Below, in pieces: positions 1 to 8,722 of a stretch of DNA of 38,258 bases. The position numbers and the translations under genes are program-made. The stretch spans positions 1-38,258 of the IMG/VR virus record IMGVR_UViG_3300027751_000029. One strand, written 5' to 3'. Numbering within the stretch: position 1 is the first letter of the stretch; each line of letters starts with the position of its first letter. Source of the stretch: a virus. Lineage: Duplodnaviria; Caudoviricetes. The notes under the pieces were generated by a model, which saw only the letters and a list, made by a program, of their open reading frames with translations, ran no database searches and had not been told where the DNA came from.

Positions 1-129
1 GCGTGGAACTCATTTGCTTGGGGTGATGCCTCAACAGTTAAAAAAGACTGGCAGGGTGTGACGGGCATAGGTTATGCGGCAGCACTGCACATGCGCATCG
101 TGAACAACCAAAGTTATGTGCAATGGCAA
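1..129. repeat. Terminal direct repeat (assembly circularisation overlap), copy 1
   Basis: 1-129 equals 38130-38258 except position 3 (gcg vs gcc); the tail-hub ORF reads in frame across the junction. Confidence 0.95.
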
Positions 130-168
130 TCAATCGACTACGTTTTTGAAATGGGCGGCGTTCTTTGA
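1..168 (+). CDS. 3' end of tail hub / DNA stabilisation protein (continues from 36717 across the circular junction)
   Basis: Frame 1 reads AWNSFAWGD...YVFEMGGVL, TGA at 166-168; same frame as ORF starting at 36717. Confidence 0.85.
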   Translation, partial: AWNSFAWGDASTVKKDWQGVTGIGYAAALHMRIVNNQSYVQWQSIDYVFEMGGVL

Positions 169-572
169 TCACGTTAAAACAAGATCGTGATTTATTGCGG
201 TGGGCTGGCGATGTAATCGGCGCGACTTATAACCCTGATTTGTCAGCATGGATCAGTAGATTAAATCCAGATGGTACGCCCTTGGTGGTGGTTGTGTTTG
301 ATCGATTCGATGAACATAACTGCCAGATGCATATCGCCAGCGATGGCACTAAACGATGGTTCTCGCGTGAGTTTGTGTCTACCTGCTATCGCTACGCGTT
401 CAATCAAATGAATCTGCGACGTGTCACGGTGGTTATACGTGAGGACAACAGGCAATCTCTCAAAGCTTGTAGGCAATTAGGCCACACACAAGAGGCAGTA
501 TTAAAAGCGTGGTTTGGCGACAAAGACGGCGTATTGATGCGCATGACAAAAGACGAATGCAAATGGTTATAA
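165..572 (+). CDS. GNAT-family acetyltransferase-like virion assembly protein
   Basis: YAFNQMNLRRV...N..S...LG..E..L pattern of RimJ/RimL-type GNAT; usual position between tail hub and ejection genes in podoviruses. Confidence 0.75.
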   Translation: MITLKQDRDLLRWAGDVIGATYNPDLSAWISRLNPDGTPLVVVVFDRFDEHNCQMHIASDGTKRWFSREFVSTCYRYAFNQMNLRRVTVVIREDNRQSLKACRQLGHTQEAVLKAWFGDKDGVLMRMTKDECKWL

Positions 573-581
573 GGGGAAATA

Positions 582-1769
582 ATGGGTAAGAGTTCACCAA
601 AAGCGCCTGCGGCACCTGACCCAGTCGTGACAGCAAAAGCGCAAACTGAAAGCAACATTGCGACAGCGAATAATAACGCAGCATTAAACCGCGTCAATCA
701 ATTCACCCCATGGGGCAGCAGCACATACACCAAAAACGCGGGCGCGGATGGTGATTACGATTCGTGGACGCAGAATGTAGATTTAGCGCCAGAACAAAAG
801 GCATTACTGGACGCACAAAACAGGTCTTCCCTCGCATTAAGTCAGACTGGTGAAAACATGCTAGGCACTGTTAATGGCGCCATGAGTAAGCAAATGGACT
901 ATTCAGGGTTAACCAAGATCAACAACGGACTTTTGCAAAGCAGTGCAAGCCAATCATTGCCGCAAATGGCAGGCGCATTTGATAACCCGGGCATACAGAG
1001 TGGCGTTGATATGTCCGGTGTTTCTGCATTGGTCGGGGGTGATAAATTGTATGACGCCATGCGGCAAGCGCAGGACGCCTCATACAATCAAGCGCAATCA
1101 AGGCTTGATCCTCAATGGAGCCAGCAGCAGCACGACCTAGAGAATAAGCTTGTCCAACAGGGCATCATGCAAAACTCTGATGCATGGAACCGCGCAACTG
1201 AGAGTTTCGGGCGCAACCGCAATGATGCATATCAATCCGCAAGAAATTATGCGGTAGGCGAAGGCAACACAGCACAGGCTCAACTATTTGGGCAAGGGCT
1301 CGCCGTCAATCAAAATGCTTACGGTCAAGCGTCAAACAATATGGCAATGCGCAATTCAGCACAGGCGCAAGGGTTCGGCCAATCGATGCAAAACGCAGCG
1401 CTGCAAAACTCTGTGAATGCGCAAAAATACAGCCAGAATTTATCTGATGCGCAACTGGCAAACCAAGCGGCGGGGCAAGGTTTTTCTCAATCAATGGCAG
1501 AACGTCAGCAGGGCATTAATGAGCTGATGGCGCAACGCCAGAACCCATTAAACGAGCTAAACGCCTTGCGCACAGGCTCGCAGGTCACGAACCCGACATT
1601 TGGCGCAACACCACAAGTCAATCAGGGTGGCGTTGATGTTGCAGGCATCACAAACAACGCCTACAACAACCAATTAGGGCTTTATAACGCGCAGGTTGGC
1701 TCAAATAATTCGACTATGGGAATGCTTGGTCAATTGGGTGGCGCGGCTATGATGGCGACTAAGTTCTAA
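582..1769 (+). CDS. DNA ejection/pilot protein (P22 gp7-like)
   Basis: MGKSSPKAPAAPDP start, NRVNQFTPWGS motif, Q/N/A/G-rich, glycine-rich hydrophobic C-terminus; RBS AAGGGG. Confidence 0.7.
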   Translation: MGKSSPKAPAAPDPVVTAKAQTESNIATANNNAALNRVNQFTPWGSSTYTKNAGADGDYDSWTQNVDLAPEQKALLDAQNRSSLALSQTGENMLGTVNGAMSKQMDYSGLTKINNGLLQSSASQSLPQMAGAFDNPGIQSGVDMSGVSALVGGDKLYDAMRQAQDASYNQAQSRLDPQWSQQQHDLENKLVQQGIMQNSDAWNRATESFGRNRNDAYQSARNYAVGEGNTAQAQLFGQGLAVNQNAYGQASNNMAMRNSAQAQGFGQSMQNAALQNSVNAQKYSQNLSDAQLANQAAGQGFSQSMAERQQGINELMAQRQNPLNELNALRTGSQVTNPTFGATPQVNQGGVDVAGITNNAYNNQLGLYNAQVGSNNSTMGMLGQLGGAAMMATKF

Positions 1770-2080
1770 TGGAAAAATTAAACGTCACTCAATTATCATG
1801 TTTTAACGAACCAGCCATTGGCGTATGGAGCAATCAAGATTTTTACGCAGCAGCTTTTCAAGAAGATCATGCAATAAGGCTTGATATTGTCAGGCACGAT
1901 TGCAAAGACGGTGTTACATGGGATGAATTACGCGAGGTTAAAAAGAATTGCGGTTTTGGTGATTATGACGCAGTCGAATTTTATCCACATGAAAAAGATG
2001 TAATCAACACTGGCAACGTCCGGCATTTATATATTTTTACTAACCCATTGCCAATAGTTCGCAGGGTAAATAATGACTAA
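1769..2080 (+). CDS. Hypothetical phage protein (DUF7694-like)
   Basis: TWDELREVK...AVEFYP...VIN..NVRHL motif seen in a widespread small phage family; TAATG coupling to upstream gene. Confidence 0.6.
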   Translation: MEKLNVTQLSCFNEPAIGVWSNQDFYAAAFQEDHAIRLDIVRHDCKDGVTWDELREVKKNCGFGDYDAVEFYPHEKDVINTGNVRHLYIFTNPLPIVRRVNND

Positions 2081-3605
2081 AAATTTCGTACAGCAAGCGC
2101 CTCAAATGACGCAAATGATTGCGCCTGATATTGCGTCTCAACAGGTAGCGCTACAGCGTCAACAACAATTGGCTGACCTGCTGAAACAACAAGGCATGGC
2201 CGCGCCAGAACAAACGCAAGTTATTTCTGGCGTCGCAGTCAAACAAAGTCCATTAATCGGCCTGTCTAAGATGCTGCAGGCTTACATGGGCGGGAAGATG
2301 CAAGATGATAACGATGCTAAAGGCTTGGAGCTTGGCAAGGCACTGCAAGGGCGCATGGGCGAATCGTTTAACAATGTCTGGGGGGGCGGCTCATCGCAGA
2401 CATTTGAGCCAAACGGCGAAATTGCAGTAACGCAAAAAAGTATGGGCACGCCTGAAACGCAGGCAAGAAATGCGGCGCAAGCGGCGTATCTAAGCGGCGA
2501 CATGGAGACCTACAGAAAATTGCTGGCAAATCGGTTTGAGCTTACGCCAGATCAGAAAAATAACATGGGGATGGGCATCACTCAAGACCAAGCAAGAGCG
2601 GCTACGTTGGCAAAAATGCAGAAAGAAGGAACATTAGAAGTCCAGCCAAATAATACCGCCATTAATCTGGCGACAGGTGAAAGAACCGTTGGCGCTGATT
2701 TTAAATCCGGTATTGCAGGCGGCTACGGCGCAAACGGACAGCCTACAATGAACCGCATCAATGGCAGTGGCGCAATTGCGGATATGGCCGGTGATATTAA
2801 GGGCGCAGAGGCTAGAGCAAATGCGGCTTATGACTTGATTCCACTTGAAACGCCAAACGGCACCATTATGGTAACGAAAGAGCAGGCGGCGCAAATGGCT
2901 AGGCAGAATCAGCAAAATATACCTGCTACCGCTCCTCGTAATCAATCTGGCGCTATTCCGCCACCAAGACAACCATCAAGCAATTTAACTGTTCCACCAT
3001 TTCCAAGTGCCAATAACAATTGGCCTCAATTGCCAAGTGGAGCGCCAACCGGAACGCCATCACAAGGCATACAAATAAAAACAGCAGCAGAAAAGTTGGC
3101 CGATTCAAAACGTGCAGAGTTGGGCGTCAACAAAGAATTTGATCAGCCAAAGGAACAATTCTCTTTATCTTCCGCTATTGGGTCAATTGATAATTCACTG
3201 AAGCAAATAGAGTACTTAAGAAAACATGAGGGCTTATCTCATATTACGGGGACTATTGCAGGTAGGACGCCAAATGTCTCTAATTACGCGACAAATGCAC
3301 AGGCCGATTTGGATACGCTTAAATCACAAATTGGCGCGCAAGTCTTGAACGAAATGCGGAACGCATCAAAAACAGGCGGCGCGGTTGGTAATGTCACTGA
3401 AAAAGAATGGCCGATTTTACAAAATCAATTGGGCGCTCTACAGCAAGCACAATCTACCCCACAATTCAAAGAAAGACTGAAAGACGTTGAGACGACTTTG
3501 AACAGGGTTAAAAATGCATACTCAACAGAGTACACCTCAAAGTATAAGCAGCCTGATGCGCCAAAAGTGCGTAGGTATAACCCATCGACCGGAAGGATTG
3601 AATAA
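2073..3605 (+). CDS. DNA ejection protein (P22 gp20-like)
   Basis: 510 aa Q/A-rich, C-terminal GGAVGNVTEKEW motif, position in ejection module. Confidence 0.65.
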   Translation: MTKNFVQQAPQMTQMIAPDIASQQVALQRQQQLADLLKQQGMAAPEQTQVISGVAVKQSPLIGLSKMLQAYMGGKMQDDNDAKGLELGKALQGRMGESFNNVWGGGSSQTFEPNGEIAVTQKSMGTPETQARNAAQAAYLSGDMETYRKLLANRFELTPDQKNNMGMGITQDQARAATLAKMQKEGTLEVQPNNTAINLATGERTVGADFKSGIAGGYGANGQPTMNRINGSGAIADMAGDIKGAEARANAAYDLIPLETPNGTIMVTKEQAAQMARQNQQNIPATAPRNQSGAIPPPRQPSSNLTVPPFPSANNNWPQLPSGAPTGTPSQGIQIKTAAEKLADSKRAELGVNKEFDQPKEQFSLSSAIGSIDNSLKQIEYLRKHEGLSHITGTIAGRTPNVSNYATNAQADLDTLKSQIGAQVLNEMRNASKTGGAVGNVTEKEWPILQNQLGALQQAQSTPQFKERLKDVETTLNRVKNAYSTEYTSKYKQPDAPKVRRYNPSTGRIE

Positions 3606-5512
3606 TGGTGCAGCGTATCCATGTTGACGGTATGGGGGAGGTTGAATTTCCTGATGGGATGAGTGACGCGGAAATTGTTTCAGCAATACGTCGATCATCA
3701 CAACCACAGCCTAAGCCTATCAATCCAACTGATGGGATGAGTACAGCAGATAAGCTATTATCCGGCGTTGGCAAGGCGTTTTATGATGTAGGGCGTGGTG
3801 CTGGCGCATTGGTTACTGACGCATTCCCTTCTACTGCGAAATATGGACTAAGCACCAGAAAAGATATTGACGAAGCAAAGAAGATAGACGCGCCTTTAAT
3901 GAATACGGGTGCTGGCTTTACAGGTAACTTGATCGGCAATATAGCGGCGTTTGCGCCTACTGCAGCAATACCAGGTGCAAATACAATCACAGGTGGCGCG
4001 TTAATAGGCGCGGCAACTGGAGCGCTGCAGCCAGTGGGTACAGATGACAGCCGCATGATGAACTCTACCACTGGCGGCTTGTTTGGTGCTGCGTTGCCTG
4101 CTGTGGTTAGTGGAGCAAAGGCAGCAAAAGCGGCATTAGTCGAGCCATTTACAAGCAAAGGGCAAACAGCAATTGCTTCACGCGTGATCAACAAGGCGGC
4201 GGCTAACCCTGAAATGCTTGCAAAGAAATTACTTGAAACAAAAGGCGCTACCGCTGGTTTTGTGCCAACAGTCGGGCAAGCTGCTGATGATGCTGGTGTT
4301 GCGGCACTTGAACGCTCTGTTCGAGCAAGTCAGCCGAATATGTTTGACTCAGTTGACAAATCGCAGCGTGGGGCGCTTGTTGATGCTTTGCGTAATATTG
4401 CCAAAACGCCAGAAGAAAGAGCAGCGGCAGTGCAAGCGGTAGAAAAACAAGCCAAGGATTTGTACGGCAGGGCATTGCAAGAAAATGTACAGGTAACGCC
4501 TCAATTGTCCAGATTATCAACTCGGCCGTCTATGCAAAAGGCGCAAGCTCGCGCAATCGCTTTATCTGAAGAATTAGGTTTGCCGTACAGGGCAAGGCTT
4601 GATGATATGCGACCAAAATCAATACCAATTGATGCGCCAACCGGAACGCCATCGTCAGTGTTGGGCGATCTGCAAACAGATTCATTGGGTATGATCAAAG
4701 GGCAGCCAGAAAAATATATTCCATCTCAACCAAGTGGCGGCGCTTTTTTTGATTTGCCACCCGTTGAGTCAGTGCCTGTTCGAGATATGCACACTCTAAA
4801 AATGGGCATGGATGCGTTGCTTACTGACCCCAGTATGGGCATTGCAGGCACGGAGGCATCGGCAATCAGGCGCACGCGTGAGGCATTGCTTGATCAACTG
4901 CCTGAGTCTTATCAAGTGGCGCGGCAAGGCCATATAGAAATTAATAAACCAGTGCATCAAATGGATATAGGAACCGAACTTTATAATAGGTTCACGCCTG
5001 CACTTGCAGACCAAGGCGGCCTACCATTTAAAAGCACGGCGCAATCGTATGCTAACGCGTTGCGTAACGGCGATGATTTAGCAAAGAACGTCACAGGCTT
5101 AAAAAATGCCACCCTAGAAGGCATCATGACCCCTGAGCAATTACAAGTATTGCGCGGGGTTGCCCAAGATTCAGCGATGAAAGCGGCTGCAGAAAATGCA
5201 GGGCGCGGCGTTGGATCAGATACATTTCAAAAATTATCCATGTCAAACATCGCATCACAGGCGGGTGTTCCTGAGTTCGTGTCAAATCTTGCTAGGGTTC
5301 CTGCGGGGTGGATTAAGCGCGTAGGTGATGCGGCTTATGGTGGTTCAGATGATGCAATCAGAGCAAAGCTCGCAGAGTTGTTGCTTGATCCTCGAATGAC
5401 TGGGGAGGCTTTGGCTACTGGGATGCCAAGTGTTCTTGGCAACAAGCTAAAATCAGCCGCGCAAGGTGTTTTAATGTCACTTCCAGCTATTTTTAACGCG
5501 CAACAACAATAA
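3605..5512 (+). CDS. DNA ejection protein (P22 gp16-like)
   Basis: N-terminal VEFPDGMSDAEI motif, glycine-zipper hydrophobic segments, 635 aa, last gene of ejection module. Confidence 0.65.
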   Translation: MVQRIHVDGMGEVEFPDGMSDAEIVSAIRRSSQPQPKPINPTDGMSTADKLLSGVGKAFYDVGRGAGALVTDAFPSTAKYGLSTRKDIDEAKKIDAPLMNTGAGFTGNLIGNIAAFAPTAAIPGANTITGGALIGAATGALQPVGTDDSRMMNSTTGGLFGAALPAVVSGAKAAKAALVEPFTSKGQTAIASRVINKAAANPEMLAKKLLETKGATAGFVPTVGQAADDAGVAALERSVRASQPNMFDSVDKSQRGALVDALRNIAKTPEERAAAVQAVEKQAKDLYGRALQENVQVTPQLSRLSTRPSMQKAQARAIALSEELGLPYRARLDDMRPKSIPIDAPTGTPSSVLGDLQTDSLGMIKGQPEKYIPSQPSGGAFFDLPPVESVPVRDMHTLKMGMDALLTDPSMGIAGTEASAIRRTREALLDQLPESYQVARQGHIEINKPVHQMDIGTELYNRFTPALADQGGLPFKSTAQSYANALRNGDDLAKNVTGLKNATLEGIMTPEQLQVLRGVAQDSAMKAAAENAGRGVGSDTFQKLSMSNIASQAGVPEFVSNLARVPAGWIKRVGDAAYGGSDDAIRAKLAELLLDPRMTGEALATGMPSVLGNKLKSAAQGVLMSLPAIFNAQQQ

Positions 5513-5635
5513 GCGCTTTAGTTTTCCTTCTGGCATCTTGCGTTGTACAAGAAGTCGAGCTGGCAGGCAAACAAGGCCAAGCACGGCAAGCACCACAAAA
5601 GGCCGAAGTAGTATTGCAAGAAGCCAAGGACTCAT
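5477..5635 (-). CDS. Small membrane protein (52 aa), convergent moron
   Basis: MSPWLLAILLRPFVVLAVLGLVCLPARLLVQRKMPEGKLKRLLL; one TM helix then basic tail; GTGGA upstream of ATG 5635. Confidence 0.55.
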   Translation of the reverse strand: MSPWLLAILLRPFVVLAVLGLVCLPARLLVQRKMPEGKLKRLLLLRVKNSWK

Positions 5636-5644
5636 AATTTCCAC

Positions 5645-5668
5645 AAACCACCCTAGAGGTGGTTTTTT
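5645..5668 (+). terminator. Rho-independent terminator
   Basis: AAACCACC-ctaga-GGTGGTTT followed by T run. Confidence 0.75.
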
Positions 5669-5686
5669 CATTTAAGGGGTTAATCA

Positions 5687-6727
5687 ATGCCATTCAACGG
5701 TACAGGCACGTTTACGAGAATTTACAACTTTGTTACTGATGCAGCAAACGGGGTATTAGTCCGCGCTGATCGAATGGATACAGAAATGGACGGTTTAGCA
5801 ACCGGACTATCGAACTGTATCACAAGAGACGGGCAAGGTGGTGCGGCTGCAAACATACCTTTTAATACGTATAAAATCACCGGCCTTGGTGTTGGCGCTG
5901 CATCAACTGATTCAGTGAATTACGGGCAGGTGTTTTCCAGTCCTACGTTTTCCAGTCCTACATTTACAGGCACGGTTACAGGGAGCGGGGCAACGACTTT
6001 TACCGTTCCAACGGTTGCGGCTGGCGATAACTCAACCAATGCAGCATCAACCGCATTTGCCACTGCCTTGGCGTTTGCTGCAGCGTTGCCAGCTCAGACG
6101 GGGAATAGTGGAAAATACGTTACGACAAACGGCACCACCGCATCATGGGCGCTGCCAATTGCAGATCAATCTGGTAATAGCGGCAAAGTTCTAGGGACGA
6201 ACGGCACCACTACTGCATGGGAGTCTGGCGGATTAAAACTTCTTGCGACACTGACGCCAACTGCGGCGGCAAACGTGGATTTTTTGAGCACGTTCTCATC
6301 GACTTACGACAGTTATTTAATTGAATGCATTGGCCTTAAGCCTGCATCAAATACGACTCTTGCGCTAAGAGTGGCAATCGCAGGCGCTGCGAGTTCAGCA
6401 AATACCTATTTTTATACAACGGTCAACACAACCGCAAGCACTGCAGCGACCTACGCGGAATTATGCAACGGAACAAATGTACTCGCGGCTGGCATTGGGA
6501 TCAATACTTCAATCATCATTCGTAACGCCAACTCTTCATCTGGCATCAAAACCATTTCAAACCGTGGCGAATTTCAAGACGCAGCTACGCCTACATATGT
6601 TGTGAATGCATCCTCTGCGGTTTTCACAACTGCGGGCGTTTTGACAGGCTTCAGATTGTTTTGGTCGGGCGGGGCAAACTTCGCAGCCGTTGGTACGGTA
6701 CGAGTGTACGGCATTGCAAATTCATAG
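5687..6727 (+). CDS. Tail fibre/tailspike protein
   Basis: MPFNGTGTFTR...LATGLSNCITRDGQ anchor typical of podovirus fibres; T/A/S-rich; duplicated GNSGK...TNGT..W knob motif. Confidence 0.75.
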   Translation: MPFNGTGTFTRIYNFVTDAANGVLVRADRMDTEMDGLATGLSNCITRDGQGGAAANIPFNTYKITGLGVGAASTDSVNYGQVFSSPTFSSPTFTGTVTGSGATTFTVPTVAAGDNSTNAASTAFATALAFAAALPAQTGNSGKYVTTNGTTASWALPIADQSGNSGKVLGTNGTTTAWESGGLKLLATLTPTAAANVDFLSTFSSTYDSYLIECIGLKPASNTTLALRVAIAGAASSANTYFYTTVNTTASTAATYAELCNGTNVLAAGIGINTSIIIRNANSSSGIKTISNRGEFQDAATPTYVVNASSAVFTTAGVLTGFRLFWSGGANFAAVGTVRVYGIANS

Positions 6728-6735
6728 GTGATCAC

Positions 6736-7080
6736 ATGACATACAAAACAACATACTGGGACGAGCAAGCCAAAGAGCAAAAAGAACGCGATTGCACAGT
6801 TGAAGAGATAGCGGAAATTGAGGCAAGGAAGGCGGCGGCGCAATTGCCTGTTGTGCCTGAAGAGGTCACGATGTACCAAGCACGAAGAGCGCTGGCGGCG
6901 GCTGGCCTACTTGCAGCGGTTGAGGCTGCAATCTCTGCTGCGGGGACAGTGGCGCAAATTGAATGGGATACAAAAAACCTCGTCCATCGTAGCTACGGCA
7001 TGGTGTCAGACATGGGGCAGGCGCTAGGTATGACTGACGCGCAGCTTGACGCGTTGTTCATTTCTGCTGCTACGTTCTAA
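6736..7080 (+). CDS. Tail fibre assembly/chaperone-like protein
   Basis: VPEEVTMYQARRAL...IEW...LGMTDAQLDALFISAA motif commonly downstream of fibre genes; AGGTG RBS, ATG 6736. Confidence 0.6.
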   Translation: MTYKTTYWDEQAKEQKERDCTVEEIAEIEARKAAAQLPVVPEEVTMYQARRALAAAGLLAAVEAAISAAGTVAQIEWDTKNLVHRSYGMVSDMGQALGMTDAQLDALFISAATF

Positions 7081-7550
7081 TGGGAAACGTCACAATTCGT
7101 TTTTCCACTCGCTGGCCTCCGAATCCGACAAGTCTCATTATTGCCCGGCTAGGCGGGTCAAAACGGTTTAGTCATTGCATGATCATCATAGATGACCTAG
7201 CCTACGAATCCACAATGCTTCACGGTTGCCGTGTTGTGCCTGTCAGTGTCGCAATGCAGGGCGTTAGCTCGTATCAAGATATGGAAGTCGCGATTGCAGA
7301 CAAGGCGGCGGCTATCCGTTTCGGGCTGCTGCAAGATGGCAAAGGGTACGACTACGCGGGGGCATTCGGCCTGCCATTCCTCGCGTCTGAAGACTGGTCA
7401 GATGATTCAAAATGGTGGTGCTCAGAGCATAATTTTATGATGCTTGGTGCTGGCGGAACATGGCTACTCGATCCAGAAGTACATAAGCGAATCACACCAG
7501 AACATCTTCGAATGTGTAATTACCCGAAATCTAAAATCATCAAACTGTAG
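7080..7550 (+). CDS. Permuted papain-like (YiiX/YebB, NlpC/P60-related) protein
   Basis: N-terminal FSHC, central GKGYDY, C-terminal KWWCSE and RITP motifs. Confidence 0.7.
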   Translation: MGNVTIRFSTRWPPNPTSLIIARLGGSKRFSHCMIIIDDLAYESTMLHGCRVVPVSVAMQGVSSYQDMEVAIADKAAAIRFGLLQDGKGYDYAGAFGLPFLASEDWSDDSKWWCSEHNFMMLGAGGTWLLDPEVHKRITPEHLRMCNYPKSKIIKL

Positions 7551-7569
7551 CCGCCTAGCGGCTTTTTTT
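7549..7569 (+). terminator. Rho-independent terminator
   Basis: AGCCGC-cta-GCGGCT then T run. Confidence 0.7.
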
Positions 7570-7688
7570 ACGCCCAAAAGAAAATCCCCTGACATTTGCG
7601 AGATGGAAGGGGATTAATACATGCACAACACACAGGGGATTCTACATCACACCGTAAAAATTATGCACAACTTTTTTCATGTGCGTAA

Positions 7689-7704
7689 CTGTCAACTTTT
7701 ACAG
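7689..7704. promoter_or_regulatory. Possible LexA (SOS) box
   Basis: CTGT-caactttt-ACAG matches CTGT-N8-ACAG, immediately before the RBS of the first lysis gene. Confidence 0.35.
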
Positions 7705-7716
7705 TGAGGTGGGATC

Positions 7717-8088
7717 ATGGTTTTTAAGCATAAAGAGGACGATGACGAGATGACGCAGAAAACGAAAGAGTGGCTCGCTCAATTTTCAGACTGGGCGATC
7801 AAGTTGATGATCGTTGGTATTTTTGGTTTTGGTTATCACGTATCGAAGACGCAAGATGAAATGCTGATGCAATTTGCACTACAGAAGCAGCAAGAACAGG
7901 CGCACATTGAGGGATTGAAGGCGGCGTTTGATTCGAGAATGATTGCAGCAGAAAAAGATATTCAGGTGATCAAGTCAAATATGGTTTCTCTGGATGTTTT
8001 GAAACGCGTAGAGCAGCAATTAACAATTATTTTATTGCAGTCTGGCATTAAACACAAAGTTGATTTAACGTCCGAGAGTCAAAAATGA
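7717..8088 (+). CDS. Holin/antiholin-like membrane protein
   Basis: Single TM segment (WAIKLMIVGIFGFGY) plus coiled-coil; directly upstream of endolysin. Confidence 0.5.
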   Translation: MVFKHKEDDDEMTQKTKEWLAQFSDWAIKLMIVGIFGFGYHVSKTQDEMLMQFALQKQQEQAHIEGLKAAFDSRMIAAEKDIQVIKSNMVSLDVLKRVEQQLTIILLQSGIKHKVDLTSESQK

Positions 8089-8513
8089 TTAACTCGCGAG
8101 ACATCGGAGAGCTAGAGCCGGTCGTTGCGAACATGACTAGATCGTTTATTGCCAAATGCAAAGAATCCGGCATTGATGTGATCGTGTCATCGACTTACAG
8201 AGATGCAGAATCGCAAAACGCACTCTACGCGCAGGGCAGGACGACGGCAGGCAAGATCGTCACGAATGCAAAAGCGGGGCAGTCGTTCCATAACTATAGA
8301 TGCGCCTTCGACTTCGTGCCTATCGTGAATGGTAAGGCGCAATGGAATGACCTTGCTACGTTCCAGCGATGCGGGGAAATAGCGGAATCCGTGGGCTTGG
8401 AATGGTCAGGTAGATGGAAGGGCAAGCTGCGAGAAATGGCGCATTGTCAGCACACGGGCGGGTTGAAATTAGCGGATTTACAGGCAGGCATTAGACCTTG
8501 GGGCGGGATATGA
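8085..8513 (+). CDS. Endolysin, M15 family L-Ala-D-Glu peptidase
   Basis: YR...Q..LYAQGRT..G.IVTNAK.GQSFHNY..AFD...GLEW.GRW...E..H motifs. Confidence 0.9.
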   Translation: MINSRDIGELEPVVANMTRSFIAKCKESGIDVIVSSTYRDAESQNALYAQGRTTAGKIVTNAKAGQSFHNYRCAFDFVPIVNGKAQWNDLATFQRCGEIAESVGLEWSGRWKGKLREMAHCQHTGGLKLADLQAGIRPWGGI

Positions 8514-8722
8514 AACTCATCAACGAATGGCGCAAGTGCTGGAAGTTCTTCAGCGTGCAGGCCAATGCGCTTGGCGGTGCAATCACAGTCGGCTATGTGA
8601 GTCTGTACGACAAGCTAAAAGACAATTTCCCAGCTAAATATATGGTTGCAATCACTGCTGCCGTGTTCATCCTTGGGATTATCGGGCGTTTGGTGTCGCA
8701 GCAGCCGAAAGATAAGCCGTGA
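8510..8722 (+). CDS. Holin
   Basis: MKLINEWRKCWKFFSVQ...two TM segments...GRLVSQ, a common phage holin pattern. Confidence 0.7.
   Translation: MKLINEWRKCWKFFSVQANALGGAITVGYVSLYDKLKDNFPAKYMVAITAAVFILGIIGRLVSQQPKDKP

Noticed and set aside
5687-6727. Diversity-generating retroelement or invertible tail-fibre cassette
   Set aside because: No reverse transcriptase, invertase or TR/VR pair seen
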